A stretch of DNA of 61,302 nt, the filler included, from Actinomycetota bacterium (lineage in GTDB: Bacteria > Actinomycetota > Actinomycetes > JAKEEW01), in assembly GCA_046725875.1 (NCBI GenBank). It is 4 parts of 4 records of this genome, joined end to end, with 100 filler letters (N's around TTAATTAATTAA, not from the genome) between each part and the next. Parts side by side here need not be neighbours in the genome. Positions count along the whole stretch, not along the records: positions 57,519 to 61,302 come from JBKOZJ010000035.1; 3 more parts are not named here. The stretch is one strand, 5' to 3'. How positions within the stretch are numbered: position 1 is the first letter of the stretch; the number at the start of each line of letters is the position of its first letter. The position numbers were made by a program, and so were the translations under genes. Below are positions 59,687 through 61,302 of the stretch, one piece after another. The notes beneath the pieces are model-generated. The model saw only the letters and a program-made list of their open reading frames with translations. It was not told the origin of the DNA and searched no databases.

Positions 59687-59751
59687 AGATGGGCGTACGC
59701 GCGGAGGGCGCCCAACCGCGCCGCCACGAACTGCTCGAGCCCGACGCTCAC
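59687..59751 (-). pseudogene. N-terminal stub of a SigE-family ECF sigma factor
   Basis: GTGA-coupled MSVGLEQFVAARLGALRAYAHL resembles the F..FV.AR...L.R.A.L start of region 2. Confidence 0.6.
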
Positions 59752-61100
59752 GGCAGCTTCACCAGCCACTGGTGGCTTGGGTCGGTACCGGCGACGGACG
59801 AGCCGACGAGTGCCGAGCCATACTCCGCCAACAGCAGGTAGTCCCCGGCCGCCCCACCGCCAAGACCTATGGCAGCCTCCGGTTGACCTCCGCGCTCCGG
59901 GATCGGAATCTCCGGCCGGTCGAGAACTACGATGGCGCCGCTTGACGGCAGGTAGATCCAAATGCCCGTGCGCACCGTTTTGAATCCCTGCGCCTTCTCG
60001 ATCTCCCCCGCAACGGCTTCCGCGTTCGCCTCGTCGGGGAATCGCCAATCTTCCGGCACCGGGACGGCGCGGTCTTGGCTGCCGTCCAGCCGGGCGACAT
60101 AGAACGTCGTCAGGACACTCCCCGCCGCGTCGGTCCATACGAGCGCATCGGCTGTGACCTGGAACGTGCTCGCCCGGGCGACCACGACCTCGGGAGCCGA
60201 GAGAGTTCGTATATCCCGGCGCTGCACGGCGCCATCCTGTATGTAGTAGATCCAGTCGTCGACGACTTGCGGGCTGTATGCGTGCTCCGCCAGCAGCTTG
60301 AATTTCGCACCGCATGTCGCGGCCACATAGAGATCGGACATATCAGCGAGTGAGACAAACGTGGGTCGGGACATCTCGGCGACGATTCGGCCAGCGCCGA
60401 TCTTCGTCGCGGCGAACGAGTACTCATCACCCGTACGGTCCTGCTTTGGCAACGCGAGGTCATGAACCCTATGTGAGCCGCCAACTGTGCACCGGTGGAC
60501 CCTTTTGACGTCGCCAGTTTCGGGATCGTCGGGGCCGTTCGCGGCCTCTGCCCAGACAACCGTCGAGCCCCAAACGGAGGCCGACGTCAGGTTGGGCAGC
60601 TTCGCCTTCGCAAGCGTGATGCCCTCACCCGTCGTGGGGTCGAGCTTCACGATCTCGGCCGTCCCGCCGGTAGGGGTGACCATTGCGATGAGCTGGCCCG
60701 AGTCGCTCACACCCGCTGGAACGATCCGTCCTCCGGCCTCACCCGGCGAGTCGGCCGTCCGATAACTCAGCTCCCGAACCGTGGTGCCGGGTATGACCCG
60801 CGCAAGCTCGTCGACGCTCCGCACCTTAATGATCTTCGCTTCGGGGATCGGCCCGGTCTGCCGCGAAGGACCAGCCAGGCCATCGCCGCTAGAGGCTCCC
60901 TTCTGTATGGCCGCGGCCAGTGCACCAGCACCAATTACGGTCGCGGCGGCCGTGACAGCGGCGACCGAGCGGAGGATGAGCCGACGGCGCCGGCGATGAG
61001 CGACCTCGGTGAGGATGCGCTCCACCTCGCCCGGCTTGGGCGAAAGCTGCCACCGCTCCCGCTCGAACAGTGCGGTCAGCCATTCGTCGTCACGGGTCAT
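59748..61100 (-). CDS. Single-pass membrane protein, anti-sigma-like, with extracellular beta-rich domain
   Basis: Short cytoplasmic helix, RRRRR, TM segment; starts right after the ECF sigma stop. Confidence 0.65.
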   Translation of the reverse strand: MTRDDEWLTALFERERWQLSPKPGEVERILTEVAHRRRRRLILRSVAAVTAAATVIGAGALAAAIQKGASSGDGLAGPSRQTGPIPEAKIIKVRSVDELARVIPGTTVRELSYRTADSPGEAGGRIVPAGVSDSGQLIAMVTPTGGTAEIVKLDPTTGEGITLAKAKLPNLTSASVWGSTVVWAEAANGPDDPETGDVKRVHRCTVGGSHRVHDLALPKQDRTGDEYSFAATKIGAGRIVAEMSRPTFVSLADMSDLYVAATCGAKFKLLAEHAYSPQVVDDWIYYIQDGAVQRRDIRTLSAPEVVVARASTFQVTADALVWTDAAGSVLTTFYVARLDGSQDRAVPVPEDWRFPDEANAEAVAGEIEKAQGFKTVRTGIWIYLPSSGAIVVLDRPEIPIPERGGQPEAAIGLGGGAAGDYLLLAEYGSALVGSSVAGTDPSHQWLVKLP

Positions 61101-61101
61101 C

Positions 61102-61302
61102 TCACGCCGTCCCACCCTCGTAGACCGCACGCAGCTTGGCGAGGCCACGCGCGGCCTGCGTCCGCACCGTTCCTCTGGAGCACCGGAGCGCCGCGGCGAT
61201 ATCGTCGTCCGGCAGGCCTTCGAGATAGCGCAGCACGAGCACCGCACGCATCTTCGGGGGGACCGCGCCGAGCGCCTGTTGCAGCGCATCGCGATCGTCG
61301 AT
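61102..61302 (-). CDS. ECF sigma factor (SigE family), region 4; partial at the window end
   Basis: Hand translation: DDRDALQQALGAVPPKMRAVLVLRYLEGLPDDDIAAALRCSRGTVRTQAARGLAKLR. Confidence 0.88.
   Translation of the reverse strand: MDDRDALQQALGAVPPKMRAVLVLRYLEGLPDDDIAAALRCSRGTVRTQAARGLAKLRAVYEGGTA

Overview
High-GC actinomycete DNA, probably a draft or metagenome assembly. Four contigs are joined by artificial 100-nt N/TTAATTAATTAA linkers (18676-18775, 32863-32962, 57419-57518), so adjacency across the linkers is not evidence of synteny. Contig 1 (1-18675) is core actinobacterial synteny (eis-like GNAT, rpiB, pepN, CtaI/CtaJ-like pair, malQ, amidase, HNH, prolyl oligopeptidase, MscS, truncated haemoglobin glbO). 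Contig 2 (18776-32862) is an accessory stretch: diverged SigR-like sigma, TetR, AlkZ-like glycosylase, two LLM oxidoreductases, YHS plus a frameshifted adenylate cyclase, MFS, ndh, and several small decayed gene remnants. Contig 3 (32963-57418) is rpsA-coaE-uvrB-terC-uvrA. It carries an inserted cellobiose (ceb-type) ABC/GH1/LacI locus with a perfect CebR box, a yybP-ykoY Mn riboswitch, two PafBC-type RecA-NDp promoters, lnt and a CtaG-CtaB-SCO-cupredoxin copper cluster. Contig 4 has ABC-F, BKACE, a multicopper-oxidase remnant and an ECF sigma/anti-sigma-like pair. No tRNA, rRNA, CRISPR array or intact transposase was found. The most unusual signals are five: (1) a three-unit palindromic repeat present both intergenically and in-frame inside the GH1 gene; (2) a diverged 68-bp copy of uvrA inside the 3' end of lnt; (3) a Cys-rich sORF coupled to an LLM gene; (4) a YHS/HTH-cyclase module; (5) a sigma-stub/multicopper-oxidase deletion junction. 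All family calls come from motif recognition by eye, with no database search.
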